The notes beneath the pieces are model-generated. The model was not told where the DNA came from. It was given only the letters and a program-made list of their open reading frames with translations, and searched no databases. From Actinomycetes bacterium (GTDB lineage: Bacteria > Actinomycetota > Actinomycetes > JBOGEN01), in the NCBI GenBank assembly GCA_050743265.1, contig JBOGEN010000107.1, forward strand, positions 5,612-69,611: a stretch of 64,000 nucleotides of DNA. The letters are read 5' to 3'. Position 1 is the stretch's first letter, and each line of letters opens with the position of its first letter. Below, in pieces: positions 27,596 to 37,785 of the stretch. The position numbers and the translations under genes are program-made.

Positions 27596-28978
27596 TCACG
27601 CGTCCTTGACTGCGGGCGCGGTCCGAGGAACATCCACGGCGTCCGCGGTGGGAGACGGGACAGCTTGGCGCACGCCGAGGATCGCGGCGAGGCTGACCAG
27701 CGACAGGGCGCTGACGTACAGGGCGATCGGGGTGGACGAGGCGTACGCGCCGTACAGCGCCGTGGCGGCAATCGGGGTGACCGCCCCGCCCACCATCCCC
27801 CCCAGCTGGTACGCGAGGGAGATCCCGCTGTAGCGCACCTGCACGTCGAAGATCTCCGTGAACAGCCCGCCCTGGGCCCCGGCCATGATCCCCTGCACGA
27901 TCGCGGCCACGGCGAAGGCGATGAACGCCAGGCCTGCGTTGCCCGTGTCGACGAGCGCGAACAACGGGAGGGGCCAGAGCACCGCGGTCAGTGCTCCCAC
28001 GGTGTACACACGCTTGGCACCGACCTGGTCCGAGACGGCGGCGGAGACCCCGATCGTGGCGATCCAGAGCACCGTCGAGGCGAGGATGAGGGTGAGCAAC
28101 GTCGTGCGGTCAAAACCCACGACGGTGGTGCCGTACGTGAGCATGTAGACGATCACGGTGTACCCGACGGCGGGCGGGGCGATGGCGGCGAGGCTCCCGA
28201 GCACGAGGTTGCGCGGCTGGCGGCGCAGCAGCTCGGCGACGGGCAGCTTGCTGGTCATGCCGTGTTCCTTGACGCGCCGGAACTCGGGGGTGTCGTGCAA
28301 CCGGGCCCTGACGACGAGCCCGACCAGGACGAGCGCCAGGCTGACCAGGAAGGGGATGCGCCAGCCGTAGGAGAGGAAGTCCCTCTCCGACATGCCGGAG
28401 ACGGCGAGGAAGGCGAGGTTCGAGGTCAGCACTCCGACGGGCACACCGAACTGCGCGAAGCTCCCGTACAGCGCACGTCGCCGTGGGGAGGCCTGCTCGG
28501 TCGCGATGAGAACGGCACCGCCCCACTCCCCGCCGACACCGAATCCCTGCAGCAGCCGCAGCGCGACGAGCAGCAGGGGAGCGCCGATGCCGATGGCGGC
28601 GAAGGTGGGCAGGACGCCGATCAGGAAGGTCGCGCCACCGGTGAGTACCAGCGTGAGGACGAGCATGGCCTTGCGACCGATCCTGTCGCCGAAATGGCCG
28701 ATGACGGCGGCGCCGAGCGGGCGGGCAAGGAATCCGACGGCGAACGTGGCGAAGGCGGCCAACGTGCCGGCGACCTCGGAGTACTCCGGGAAGAAGAGAC
28801 CGGGGAACACCAGCGCGGCGGCGGTGCCGAAGATGTAGTAGTCGTACCACTCGATCGAGGTGCCGACGACGCTGGCGGCGAAGATGCCTTTCCTCGGCGC
28901 CCGGGTGCCAGACGAGGATGTGGCCATGAGTGGTGCTCCTCTGGAACGCGGCGTGCGGGCGGAACCGCACCCGACCAC
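27596..28978 (-). CDS. MFS transporter, metabolite:H+ symporter (MHS) type
   Basis: GTSIEWYDYYIFGTAAALVF is an MHS-family N-terminal signature. 12 predicted TMS. Confidence 0.8.
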   Translation of the reverse strand: MVGCGSARTPRSRGAPLMATSSSGTRAPRKGIFAASVVGTSIEWYDYYIFGTAAALVFPGLFFPEYSEVAGTLAAFATFAVGFLARPLGAAVIGHFGDRIGRKAMLVLTLVLTGGATFLIGVLPTFAAIGIGAPLLLVALRLLQGFGVGGEWGGAVLIATEQASPRRRALYGSFAQFGVPVGVLTSNLAFLAVSGMSERDFLSYGWRIPFLVSLALVLVGLVVRARLHDTPEFRRVKEHGMTSKLPVAELLRRQPRNLVLGSLAAIAPPAVGYTVIVYMLTYGTTVVGFDRTTLLTLILASTVLWIATIGVSAAVSDQVGAKRVYTVGALTAVLWPLPLFALVDTGNAGLAFIAFAVAAIVQGIMAGAQGGLFTEIFDVQVRYSGISLAYQLGGMVGGAVTPIAATALYGAYASSTPIALYVSALSLVSLAAILGVRQAVPSPTADAVDVPRTAPAVKDA

Positions 28979-29356
28979 TGCCGACCGTCTTTCCTTGGGA
29001 GGTATCCAACCGGTTCGTCGGACCGGTGTCGTAGGCGACGTGACCTGACTGTTCCTCGACTTCTGTGCCAGTCCCGTTACGTCATCTGTCCCGCTGTAGT
29101 ACGGCGCGTCTCACCCAGCGGCCGGGTCTCTCGCGTGATCGGCACCTCGACGGGCCGGGGGCCGCCCGCTGACGACACGTCGGACAAGGCGGCGACGAGA
29201 TCCTTGGCAAAGGTACGTCGAATGTCGTGTCCCGCCTTCCCGAGTGGGCACGTCGGATCGGGTCGGATGGACCAGGAGCCCCAAGGACATGCGTCCTACG
29301 GTGATGTTCAGACGGGCTCGGTGGCTCATCCGCCCTGCAGAGAGAGGCAGCAGCCG

Positions 29357-30826
29357 ATGGTTCTTCTCGACCCACTGCCGCAGATCACCACCGACCTGTT
29401 CGTCGACGGTGAGACGTGCCCAGCCGACGACGCCCTCCAGGTCGTCGACCCTGCGGACACCAGCGCGGTGGTCGGCTATGCCGCGGCTGCGACCGCCAAG
29501 CAGGCCGAGGCAGCCGTGGCCGCGGCAGACCGGGCTTTCCCGGCATGGGCGTCGCGCACCCCCCGGGAGCGCGCTGAGCTGATCGTCGCCTCCTTGGCTC
29601 TGTTGGAGGACGACCGTGCGGCGACCGCGGAGGTCCTCACGCGGGAGAACGGAAAGATCCGCGGCGAGTCGTTCATCGACACGATCGTGTTCGCGCACCG
29701 GTTCACGCTCGCGGCCGCGCTGGCGGACGACGTGCCACAGGTGACCCGGCTGCTCGCGCCGCCGTACCGCACCGAGGTGTCGTACCTGCCCCTCGGCGTC
29801 GTCACCATCATCGTCCCCTTCAACTGGCCGCTGGCCATCCTCGCTGCCTCGCTCCCGCAGGCACTACTCGCCGGAAACACCGTCGTGGTGAAGCCGCCGC
29901 CCACCGCGCCGTTGGCCACGGTCCGGACGGTGCAGACGGTGGCGAAGGCTCTGCCCCCCGGGGTCCTCAACGTCGTCACCGGGCACGACGCCGAGATCGG
30001 CGCGACGCTGGTCCAGGACGACCGGGTGAAGAAGGTGTGCTTCACGGGAAGCCCCGGCGGGGGCAAGCGCGTCATGTCCATGGCAGCCGAGAGCCTGACC
30101 GGGGTGGTGCTGGAGCTCGGGGGCAACGACCCGGTCCTCGTGATGGCCGACGCCGACCTGGGCCCCGAGGCCATGCAGCGGCTGTTCGCCGGGGCGTTCG
30201 CGACCACCGGTCAGGTCTGCATGGCGGCCAAGCGGCTCTACGTGCACCGCTCCCGGTACGAGGAGGTCGTCGGCGGGCTCTGCACGCTTCTCGCCGACAC
30301 CCGCCTGGGGCACGGGCTCGACGAGCGGGTCACGATGGGGCCGCTGCACAGTGCCGGGCAGCGGGACTACGTGCGAGGGCTGACCACGCAGGCGAGGGAG
30401 TCCGGTGCCGAGGTCCGCGAGTTCGGGGAGGCCGTCGGGGGCGCCGATCTGTCCACGGGCAACTTCCTGCGCCCGTCTCTCGTCCTCGACCCCCCCGACG
30501 ACGCCCGCGTGGTCGTGGAGGAGCAGTTCGGTCCGACTCTGCCCGTCCTGCCCTTCGAGGACGAGGACGACGCAGTCGGGCGGGCGAATGCCACCTGGTC
30601 AGGTCTGTGCTCGTCGGTCTGGACGGAGGACCTCGAGCGCGCTGCGTCCCTGGCAGCCCGCCTCCGCACCGGCTACACGTTCGTCAACGCCCACGGTGCG
30701 GCCCACCTGGACGAGCGGGCGCCTTTCGGCGGCTTCGACCACAGCGGCATGGGGCGTGAGATGGGGATCGAGGGAGTACGCGAGTTCATGGGGACGCACT
30801 CCGTCGGGTTCCCGGCCCCTCGCTGA
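29357..30826 (+). CDS. Aldehyde dehydrogenase-family protein
   Basis: Conserved ELGGNDP and catalytic Cys region TTGQVCMAAKRLYV. The track ORF 27407..30826 is an artefactual 5' extension. Confidence 0.85.
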   Translation: MVLLDPLPQITTDLFVDGETCPADDALQVVDPADTSAVVGYAAAATAKQAEAAVAAADRAFPAWASRTPRERAELIVASLALLEDDRAATAEVLTRENGKIRGESFIDTIVFAHRFTLAAALADDVPQVTRLLAPPYRTEVSYLPLGVVTIIVPFNWPLAILAASLPQALLAGNTVVVKPPPTAPLATVRTVQTVAKALPPGVLNVVTGHDAEIGATLVQDDRVKKVCFTGSPGGGKRVMSMAAESLTGVVLELGGNDPVLVMADADLGPEAMQRLFAGAFATTGQVCMAAKRLYVHRSRYEEVVGGLCTLLADTRLGHGLDERVTMGPLHSAGQRDYVRGLTTQARESGAEVREFGEAVGGADLSTGNFLRPSLVLDPPDDARVVVEEQFGPTLPVLPFEDEDDAVGRANATWSGLCSSVWTEDLERAASLAARLRTGYTFVNAHGAAHLDERAPFGGFDHSGMGREMGIEGVREFMGTHSVGFPAPR

Positions 30827-31925
30827 CGGACGCGGTGACGGAGGCCGTGACCGGGGCCGCTGCGCCCGTGGCCACCGAGGACGCCTCGGAAGACGAGCCC
30901 GGGACGTCCAGTGGGAAGTGGCATGCCACCTGGTGACCGGACCCCTTCTCGGTGAAACGGGGTTCCTCCAGGGCACAGCGCTCCTGCGCGCGGGGGCAGC
31001 GGGTACGGAACCGGCAACCGCTCGGCGGGTCGAGCGGCGAGGGGGGCTCCCCGGGCAGCGGAACCGGTACCCGGGCCTGTCCGGTCGTCGGGTCGATCCC
31101 CGGGATGGAGTCCAGCAGCGCAGACGTGTACGGGTGGAGCGGTCGTCGGTACAGATCCTCGGCAGGTCCGATCTCCGCCAGCTGGCCGAGGTACATCACC
31201 GCGACACGGTCGCTCACCTGCTTCACCATGGCGAGGTCGTGCGCGATGAACAGGTAGGACAGGCCCAGCTCCGACCGCAGCCTCTCGAACAGGTTCAGCA
31301 CCTGGGCCTGGATGAGCACGTCGAGCGAGGACACCGCCTCGTCGCAGATGACCAGCGCCGGGTTCAGGGCGATGGCCCGGGCAATCGCGACCCGCTGGGC
31401 CTGACCGCCCGACAGCTCGGTCGGACGGCGCCGGCCGTACACCGACGGGTCGAGCCCGACGACGTCGAGCAGGTCTGCCGCCCGCTGCTTCCGGGCGTCG
31501 CGGCGCATCCGGCCGTACCCCACGAGAGGCTCCGCGACCAGGTCCTCCAGCCGCCACTTGGGGTTCAGGGATCCGAACGGGTCCTGGTAGACCATCTGCA
31601 TGTGACGGTGGGCGTCCTTCAGCCTCCGGTGTGACAGCCGCGTCAGGTCGGTGCCCCGGAAGTGCACCTCGCCGCTCTTGGGGCGCGGCGCCTGGATGAC
31701 CGAGCGGGCCAGGGTGGACTTGCCGGATCCCGTCTCCCCGACGACGCCGAGTGTCTCCCCCGGCATGACGTCGAACGAGACGTTGGACACGGCGTGGACC
31801 ACGCCGCCCTTCACCCCACCGGCGCCCCGTGTCACGAACTCCTGCACCAGGTTGCGCACGCGCAGCAACGGATCCTCCGCCTGGGTGTCCTGGCGATCGA
31901 CGGTGTCGTGGTGGGGAGCGCTCAC
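30786..31925 (-). CDS. ABC transporter ATP-binding protein (Dpp/Opp F-type)
   Basis: Walker A GETGSGKST, signature LSGGQAQRV, and a C-terminal oligopeptide-type extension. GTG start overlaps the upstream stop (GTGA). Confidence 0.8.
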   Translation of the reverse strand: MSAPHHDTVDRQDTQAEDPLLRVRNLVQEFVTRGAGGVKGGVVHAVSNVSFDVMPGETLGVVGETGSGKSTLARSVIQAPRPKSGEVHFRGTDLTRLSHRRLKDAHRHMQMVYQDPFGSLNPKWRLEDLVAEPLVGYGRMRRDARKQRAADLLDVVGLDPSVYGRRRPTELSGGQAQRVAIARAIALNPALVICDEAVSSLDVLIQAQVLNLFERLRSELGLSYLFIAHDLAMVKQVSDRVAVMYLGQLAEIGPAEDLYRRPLHPYTSALLDSIPGIDPTTGQARVPVPLPGEPPSPLDPPSGCRFRTRCPRAQERCALEEPRFTEKGSGHQVACHFPLDVPGSSSEASSVATGAAAPVTASVTASVSEGPGTRRSASP

Positions 31926-33004
31926 GCGTGACCTCCGTCCTCGGCCGCGAGAGGGACGGGATGCCAGCAGGCCCACGAGTGCTGCGGCTCGTGCTCGGTG
32001 AGGACGGGAGCCTGCGTGCACGTGTCGCTCGCGGAGTCACAGCGCGGCCGGAAGGAACAGCCGGCCGGCAGTGCGGTCATGTCCGGAGGCTGCCCCGGGA
32101 TGACCGGCAGTGGGCGGTGCGGCTCCGCGTCGAGCTGCGGAATCGCGCCCAGCAGCGCTCGCGTGTACGGCATCCGAACGCCGGCGAACAGCGTGTCGGT
32201 CGGTGCGTACTCCACTGCCCGGCCGGCGTACATCACCAGGACGTCCTGGGCGTAGCTGGCGGCCAGCCCCAGGTCGTGGCTGATCAGGATGACCGCCATC
32301 CCCAGTGCCTTCTTGAGCTCGACGAGCAGCTCCATGATCTGCGCCTGCGTGGTCACGTCGACGGCGGTCGTCGGCTCGTCCGCGACGAGCAGGCGCGGGT
32401 TGCCGGCAAGCGCGATCGCGATGATGACGCGCTGCCTCATCCCGCCCGACAGCTGATGCGGGTACTCGAAGAACCGTCGTTCGGCCGCAGGCATGTGCAC
32501 CTGACGCAACAGCTCGACCGCACGCTCCTGTGCGGTGTGACGGTCCACCCGCTCGCGTACGCGGATGGCCTCGGTGATCTGCGCACCGATCCGCATCGTC
32601 GGGTTGAGCGACCGGGACGGATCCTGGAAGACCATGGCGATCTCGCCGCCGCGCAGATCGCGCATGCGCCGCTCGGGCATGCCGACCAGCTCGGTGCCGT
32701 CGATCCGTGCCGAGCCCGAGACCTTGGCGGTGCGCGGCAGCAGGCCCATGAGCGCACGGGTGCTCACGCTCTTGCCCGACCCTGACTCTCCGATGATGGC
32801 CAGCATTCGACCTGCCCGTAGCTCGTAGGACAGACCGTTGACGGCATGGATGCGTTGCCCGCCGCGTGAGAACGTCACCCTCAGGTCGGAGACCGTGAGC
32901 AGTTGCGACCCGGGAGCAGATGCGGCGGCTCCTCGGCTGCCCTCACCGATGCCCACCTGGGCCGTGGCCGGGTGCTGGTGTGCGACCTGGGGGTCGACGG
33001 TCAT
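31922..33004 (-). CDS. ABC transporter ATP-binding protein (Dpp/Opp D-type)
   Basis: Walker A GESGSGKS, signature LSGGMRQRV. ATGA overlap with the permease stop; a second in-frame ATG lies at 33016. Confidence 0.8.
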   Translation of the reverse strand: MTVDPQVAHQHPATAQVGIGEGSRGAAASAPGSQLLTVSDLRVTFSRGGQRIHAVNGLSYELRAGRMLAIIGESGSGKSVSTRALMGLLPRTAKVSGSARIDGTELVGMPERRMRDLRGGEIAMVFQDPSRSLNPTMRIGAQITEAIRVRERVDRHTAQERAVELLRQVHMPAAERRFFEYPHQLSGGMRQRVIIAIALAGNPRLLVADEPTTAVDVTTQAQIMELLVELKKALGMAVILISHDLGLAASYAQDVLVMYAGRAVEYAPTDTLFAGVRMPYTRALLGAIPQLDAEPHRPLPVIPGQPPDMTALPAGCSFRPRCDSASDTCTQAPVLTEHEPQHSWACWHPVPLAAEDGGHA

Positions 33005-33885
33005 CGGCCACTCCATCGGCTCCGCAGGCGTTCGCCGAAGAGGTTGAAGGCCAGGACCGTCACCAGCAGCGCAACGCTGGGCCACACGACGAGCATGGGC
33101 CCCGCGGCCATGCTCTGCTGGCCTTCGTACACCATGTTCCCCCAGCTCGGCGCCGGCGGGGGAACCCCGAGGCCGAGGAAGCTGAGCGCCCCCTCGACGA
33201 TGATCACGATGCCCATGCCGAGCATCCCGAACGTGATGAGCTGGGGGAGCACGTTCGGGGCGATGTGCCGGAGCAGGACCCGCCAGCCGCGCGTACCGCA
33301 GAGCTTGGCTGCGGCCATGAACGGCTGCGTACAGAGGCGCAGCGTCGCCGCCCGCGATATCCGCGCGAAAGCCGGGATGCTGAAGAACGCCAGGGCGAAG
33401 ATGGTGTTGCGCATGCTCGGGCCCAGGCTCTGGGCAACCGCCAAGGTGAGCACGAGCGACGGAAAGGCGATGAGGACATCGAGTGCCCGCATGATGGCGG
33501 CATCGAAGATCCCCCCGAGGTAGGCGGACAGCGCCCCCAGGCCACCGCCGACCACCAGCCCGAGCAGGTTCACCGACACCGCGATGGTGAGCGAGGATCT
33601 CCCCCCGTACATCAGCCGCGACAGGATGTCGTTGCCGTTCGGGTCCGTGCCCAGCAGGTGACCCGGTGACCGGGCCGGAAGGCTGGACTCCAGGACGTCT
33701 CCGCCGGTAGGCGCCGGGAGTATGCCGGCGAACGGCCCCAGGAAGCACGTCAGCAGGATGAGGACGATGGCCGCACCTGGCAGTGCCAGCTGCAGCCGAC
33801 CGAGCCAGGCCCGGCCGCGGCTGAGCTCGGCCTCGTGAGGTGCACTGGAGCCGAGCTCCGCGCCCGCTGCCTCAATGACTGCCAT
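33001..33885 (-). CDS. ABC transporter permease (DppC/OppC-type)
   Basis: Binding-protein-dependent transport system inner-membrane motif region and multiple TMS. Confidence 0.85.
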   Translation of the reverse strand: MAVIEAAGAELGSSAPHEAELSRGRAWLGRLQLALPGAAIVLILLTCFLGPFAGILPAPTGGDVLESSLPARSPGHLLGTDPNGNDILSRLMYGGRSSLTIAVSVNLLGLVVGGGLGALSAYLGGIFDAAIMRALDVLIAFPSLVLTLAVAQSLGPSMRNTIFALAFFSIPAFARISRAATLRLCTQPFMAAAKLCGTRGWRVLLRHIAPNVLPQLITFGMLGMGIVIIVEGALSFLGLGVPPPAPSWGNMVYEGQQSMAAGPMLVVWPSVALLVTVLAFNLFGERLRSRWSGR

Positions 33886-34897
33886 AGCGGATCCTCGGGT
33901 CCAGCACGGCGTAGAGCAGGTCGACGACGAGGTTGGCCAGCACGGCGACCACCGCGAACACGACGACGCACGCCTGCACCACCACGGCGTCGCGCGTGTT
34001 GATGGCCTGGAGCAGCAGCTGGCCGAGGCCCGGGATCGCGAAGATCTGCTCGATGATCACGGTGCCACCGATCAACGACCCCACGTTGAGGCCGACGAGG
34101 GTGAGGAGCCCGAACGACGAGTTGCGGAAGGCGTGCATCACGAGGACCCGCCAGGGCCCGACACCCTTGGCTCGGGCCGTGTCCACGTAGTCCTGGCTCT
34201 CCATCTGCTCGACGAGGTCGCCGCGCAGGAACCGGGTGTAGAAGCAGAACAGCGGGAACGCCAGCGCGAGCACCGGCAGGATCACCGACCTCAGGTTCCC
34301 GGCCAGGCTCTCGCTGATCGGCACGAAGCCGATGGCCGGCAGGACGCCGAGCAGGACGGCGAACACGAGGACCAGCAGCAGCGCCAGCACGTAGTTGGCC
34401 ATCGACAGGCCGGTGACGCTGAGGAGCATGCTGAGGCGGTCCACCACGCCGTTCGGGCGCCGCGCCGCCAGCAAGGCCAGCGGAATCGCGGCGAGCAACG
34501 ACACGGCGAACGCGAGCGCGACGAGCTCGGCGGAGACGGGCAGCCGGTTCGCGAGGAGCTCGGTCACCGCCTGCCCGCCCACCATGGACTCACCCAGGTC
34601 ACCCGTCGCCGCGCCGCCTAGCCACTCGAGGTACCTCTCCGGACCGGACTTGTCCAGGCCGAGCTGCAGCGAGAGGTCACGGACCTGCCCGGGCGTGGCG
34701 TCCGCTCCCAGCAGCTGCTGTGCCGCGTTGCCGGGGATCAGGCTCAGCACCCAGAAGGTGAGGATGCTCACGCCGACGATGATCGGGATCGTCATGAGCA
34801 GCCGCCTGACGACCAGGCGAAGCACCGGGGAGCTGGTCACCTGCCGGAGACGACCGGCCTCGGGCTGCGCCGGGCGAGCCGGAAGAGCCGCGCTCAC
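33872..34897 (-). CDS. ABC transporter permease (DppB/OppB-type)
   Basis: Typical DppB topology and the EAA-like loop region. Confidence 0.85.
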   Translation of the reverse strand: MSAALPARPAQPEAGRLRQVTSSPVLRLVVRRLLMTIPIIVGVSILTFWVLSLIPGNAAQQLLGADATPGQVRDLSLQLGLDKSGPERYLEWLGGAATGDLGESMVGGQAVTELLANRLPVSAELVALAFAVSLLAAIPLALLAARRPNGVVDRLSMLLSVTGLSMANYVLALLLVLVFAVLLGVLPAIGFVPISESLAGNLRSVILPVLALAFPLFCFYTRFLRGDLVEQMESQDYVDTARAKGVGPWRVLVMHAFRNSSFGLLTLVGLNVGSLIGGTVIIEQIFAIPGLGQLLLQAINTRDAVVVQACVVVFAVVAVLANLVVDLLYAVLDPRIRYGSH

Positions 34898-36540
34898 TCC
34901 TTGGCCCGCCAGACACGGTCCCAGAGGACACCGGAGTTGACGACGATGGAGGGGATCTTCGTGGTCAGACCGGGCCCGTACACGCCCTTCACCGCCAGGT
35001 TCGCCTGCGCGAACGCGAGGCCGAAGGGTGCGTACCTCTGCTCGGCGATGTGCTCCGCGGCCTCGAGGTAGAGGTCGTCACGCTGGTTGGGGTCCGGCTC
35101 GGCGGCAGCCTTGGCGAACAGTGCGTCCAGCTTGGGCTCCTTGACACCCGTGAACGGCGACCTGGAGGAGAACCGGAAGCTCACACCGACCCCCGCCGCC
35201 GGGTCCCACGCACCGGCCGTCTGCAGCATCGCCTGCCACCCCCCGGAGTTGAACTCCTGGATGAGCTTGGAGAGCTGGTACGAGTCCGTGGCCACCTCGA
35301 TGCCGGCCTTCTCCCACTGCGTCCGCAGCGCTGTCAGGACCTGGGTGGCCGTGTACGAGCTGAGCGTGCCCAGGTGCACCTCGAGGCCGCCCATCTGCTT
35401 CACGAGCTTCTTGGCCTTCGCCAGGTCGTACTCCGGGTAGCCGGGCACCTGCTCGTGGTGGAAGAGGCCGCCGGGCCCGGTGAACATCTGGCTGACCGGG
35501 TACTTTCCGTCGAACAGCCCCTTCGTGATCGCCTCGAAGTCAGTGGCCCGGTAGATCGCCTCGCGGGCGAGCTTGTCGTCGAAGGGCGGCTGGAAGGTGT
35601 TGAGCTGAACGACGTACGGCGACGTGGGCGGCGCGATGGTGACGGACAGGTCATCGCTCGACTGGGCCTTGGTGATGAGCGGCGTCGTCGCCATCCCCTC
35701 GTAGGCATGAGCCTCGCCGGTCAGCAGCGCCTGGTACGCGGGCTGGTCGCCACCGATCGAGCTGAACGTGAGCCCGTCGAGGTACGGCAGCCCCTTCTTG
35801 AAGTAGTCGGGGTTGCGCTTGAGCACGAGCTTGGAGCTCAGCTCGTTGGTGACGACCGTGAACGGGCCCGCGCCGACCGGCTTCATCTTGAACTCGTCGA
35901 GCCCCATCTTGTCCATCGCCGTGGGCGACGCGATCCAGTTGACGTTGCTCGCCGGGAAGCTGCTGATGACCGCGGCGTTGTTGGGCTGGGCGAAGCGCAG
36001 CCTCACCGTCAGCTCGTCCGGCGTGGTGATGGGGTCCTTCTCGGCGAGAATCCATTGCGTCGGCGCACATGTGCACGGCGAGTCGACGTCGCGCTTGAAG
36101 TTCCAGGCCACCGCCTCGGCGTCGAGCGGCGTGCCGTCCGAGAACGTGATGCCGTCCCGCAGCTTGATCGTGAGGGTCTTGCCGCCGTCGCTGAACGCGT
36201 AGCTCTCCGCCTGGTTCGGCACGATGCGGGCGTTGGAGCCGTCCTCGTCCGCCTCCAGGAGGAACAGGCCGCCGTAGATGGCCTGCATCTGCGCGAGGTT
36301 CGCGCCGCCCGTCGTGTTCGTTGCCGGGTCGAGCCCCGACGGGTAGCTGCCGGTGAAGCTCTCGTCCTCCAGGACGGTGATGCTTCCGCCCCTCTGCGGC
36401 GGTCCCGCGTCCACCTGACGGTCGTCGTCCGCGCCCTCCGAGGCACCGCCGCCGCATGCTGCGACGGCGAGCAGCAGGACAGCCGCCAGCGGGCCGGCCA
36501 GTCGCCTCGAGTTCCTGTTGACGATCGCCAGGGTTCTCAC
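34894..36540 (-). CDS. ABC transporter substrate-binding lipoprotein, family 5 (peptide/nickel/opine type)
   Basis: Signal plus lipobox LAVAACGGG. Family-5 SBP length and motifs. Confidence 0.85.
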   Translation of the reverse strand: MRTLAIVNRNSRRLAGPLAAVLLLAVAACGGGASEGADDDRQVDAGPPQRGGSITVLEDESFTGSYPSGLDPATNTTGGANLAQMQAIYGGLFLLEADEDGSNARIVPNQAESYAFSDGGKTLTIKLRDGITFSDGTPLDAEAVAWNFKRDVDSPCTCAPTQWILAEKDPITTPDELTVRLRFAQPNNAAVISSFPASNVNWIASPTAMDKMGLDEFKMKPVGAGPFTVVTNELSSKLVLKRNPDYFKKGLPYLDGLTFSSIGGDQPAYQALLTGEAHAYEGMATTPLITKAQSSDDLSVTIAPPTSPYVVQLNTFQPPFDDKLAREAIYRATDFEAITKGLFDGKYPVSQMFTGPGGLFHHEQVPGYPEYDLAKAKKLVKQMGGLEVHLGTLSSYTATQVLTALRTQWEKAGIEVATDSYQLSKLIQEFNSGGWQAMLQTAGAWDPAAGVGVSFRFSSRSPFTGVKEPKLDALFAKAAAEPDPNQRDDLYLEAAEHIAEQRYAPFGLAFAQANLAVKGVYGPGLTTKIPSIVVNSGVLWDRVWRAKE

Positions 36541-36638
36541 GTCGGTGCTCCTGCTCCGGGAGGCGTAGGAATGGTGGCCGGGCGCTCGACGGTGGACGAC
36601 CTCGCCGTCTGCGGGTCACGTCGAGAGACTGGGTCCCG

Positions 36639-36742
36639 AATGGCTCCGCATAGACTCGCGACCGGCCATCCCGGCGTCCATGCCGCTTCCACGAGGCGAA
36701 AGACAAGATGCCCCTCGTGTCGGCGCAGGTAATGGCTCCACA
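36639..36742. promoter_or_regulatory. Divergent promoter region (SBP operon <-> iclR) carrying two direct copies of AATGGCTCCRCA
   Basis: aatggctccgca at 36639-36650 and aatggctccaca at 36731-36742. Located between the minus-strand transporter operon start (36540) and the IclR start. Confidence 0.3.
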
Positions 36743-36824
36743 GGCTTCGTTCGGTGATCCGGTACGTCATTCGTCGCGGCCCATGTGCGCGACTTCGGCT
36801 ATCACCCCCGTCAGCCGCCGCGGC

Positions 36825-37757
36825 ATGATGAGTCCGCCCACCAGCTCGGCATGCGACACCTCCGACGGCAGCCCGCCGCGGGTAGGACGCGGATCGAGAG
36901 GAGTCCCCTTGGCACATCAGACGATTGCTAGGGAGAGTCCGAGCGCCGGTGCGACCGGGCAGGCGAACGCCGCTGGGCGGCTGCTGGCCGTGCTTGACGC
37001 CTTCGGTCCCGCCCACCCGGCGCTGACCCTGAGCGAGATCTCCCGTCGGGCGGGGCTGAGCCTGTCCACGGCACATCGCCTCGTGCGCGAGCTGTCGAAC
37101 TGGGGTGCGCTGGAACGCGACGCGTCCGGGCGGTACGCGCTCGGACTCCGTCTGCTGGAGCTGGCCGCTCTCGCGCCACGAGGGCTGAGCTTCCGCGAAG
37201 CCGCTTATCCGGTGCTGGACACGCTGGCGCACCGTACGCAGGGCAACGTGCACCTCGGCGTGCGGGACGACCTCGAGGTGGTCTACATCGAGAGCCTCCG
37301 TGCCACGGCCACCCACCCGACGAACAGCCGGATCGGTGACCGGTGGCCGATGCACGCCACAGGGACCGGGCTCGTCCTGCTCGCCTTCTCCGACGGGGAG
37401 CTGCAGGAACGCGCACTGCGAGGCCCCTTGCAGCGCTTCACCCCTCTGACCGTGACCAACCCTCGGGAGCTGCGCCGCCATCTCGCTCTCGTGCGCCAGT
37501 CCGGGATCGCGATCGCACGCGGGCAGATCACCCTGCCGGACCTCGTGGTCGCCGCGCCGGTCTACGACCAGTCGGGAGCCATGGCCGCGGCCATCAGTGT
37601 GGTCGTCGAGGCGTACGGCGCCCGGCCGACGTTCCTCGCCACGATGCTCGTCGAGGCCTCAGCCGCCATCACGCGGCGTCTGGGGGCGCCGTCCGACGAA
37701 GCACTTCCCGGACCTGCGCGCCCGCGACACACGACCGCCCTGGCGCACGGGTCCTGA
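36825..37757 (+). CDS. IclR-family transcriptional regulator
   Basis: HTH LTLSEISRRAGLSLSTAHRLVRELS followed by the IclR effector domain. Start is uncertain (ATG 36825/36828 chosen; ORF opens at 36708). Confidence 0.75.
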   Translation: MMSPPTSSACDTSDGSPPRVGRGSRGVPLAHQTIARESPSAGATGQANAAGRLLAVLDAFGPAHPALTLSEISRRAGLSLSTAHRLVRELSNWGALERDASGRYALGLRLLELAALAPRGLSFREAAYPVLDTLAHRTQGNVHLGVRDDLEVVYIESLRATATHPTNSRIGDRWPMHATGTGLVLLAFSDGELQERALRGPLQRFTPLTVTNPRELRRHLALVRQSGIAIARGQITLPDLVVAAPVYDQSGAMAAAISVVVEAYGARPTFLATMLVEASAAITRRLGAPSDEALPGPARPRHTTALAHGS

Positions 37758-37785
37758 CCGCGCGCTGGGCCGTGCCTGGCACGGC

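Noticed and set aside
27407-29356. 5' 650 codons of the 1139-aa ORF upstream of the aldehyde dehydrogenase
   Set aside because: Low-complexity R/G/D/E-rich and antisense to the MFS gene 27596..28978. The true ALDH starts at ATG 29357.
36708-36824. Upstream in-frame extension of the IclR ORF
   Set aside because: It would leave under 180 bp for two divergent promoters, and the HTH begins about 50 aa downstream. Internal ATGs at 36825/36828 are more plausible, but the start is uncertain.
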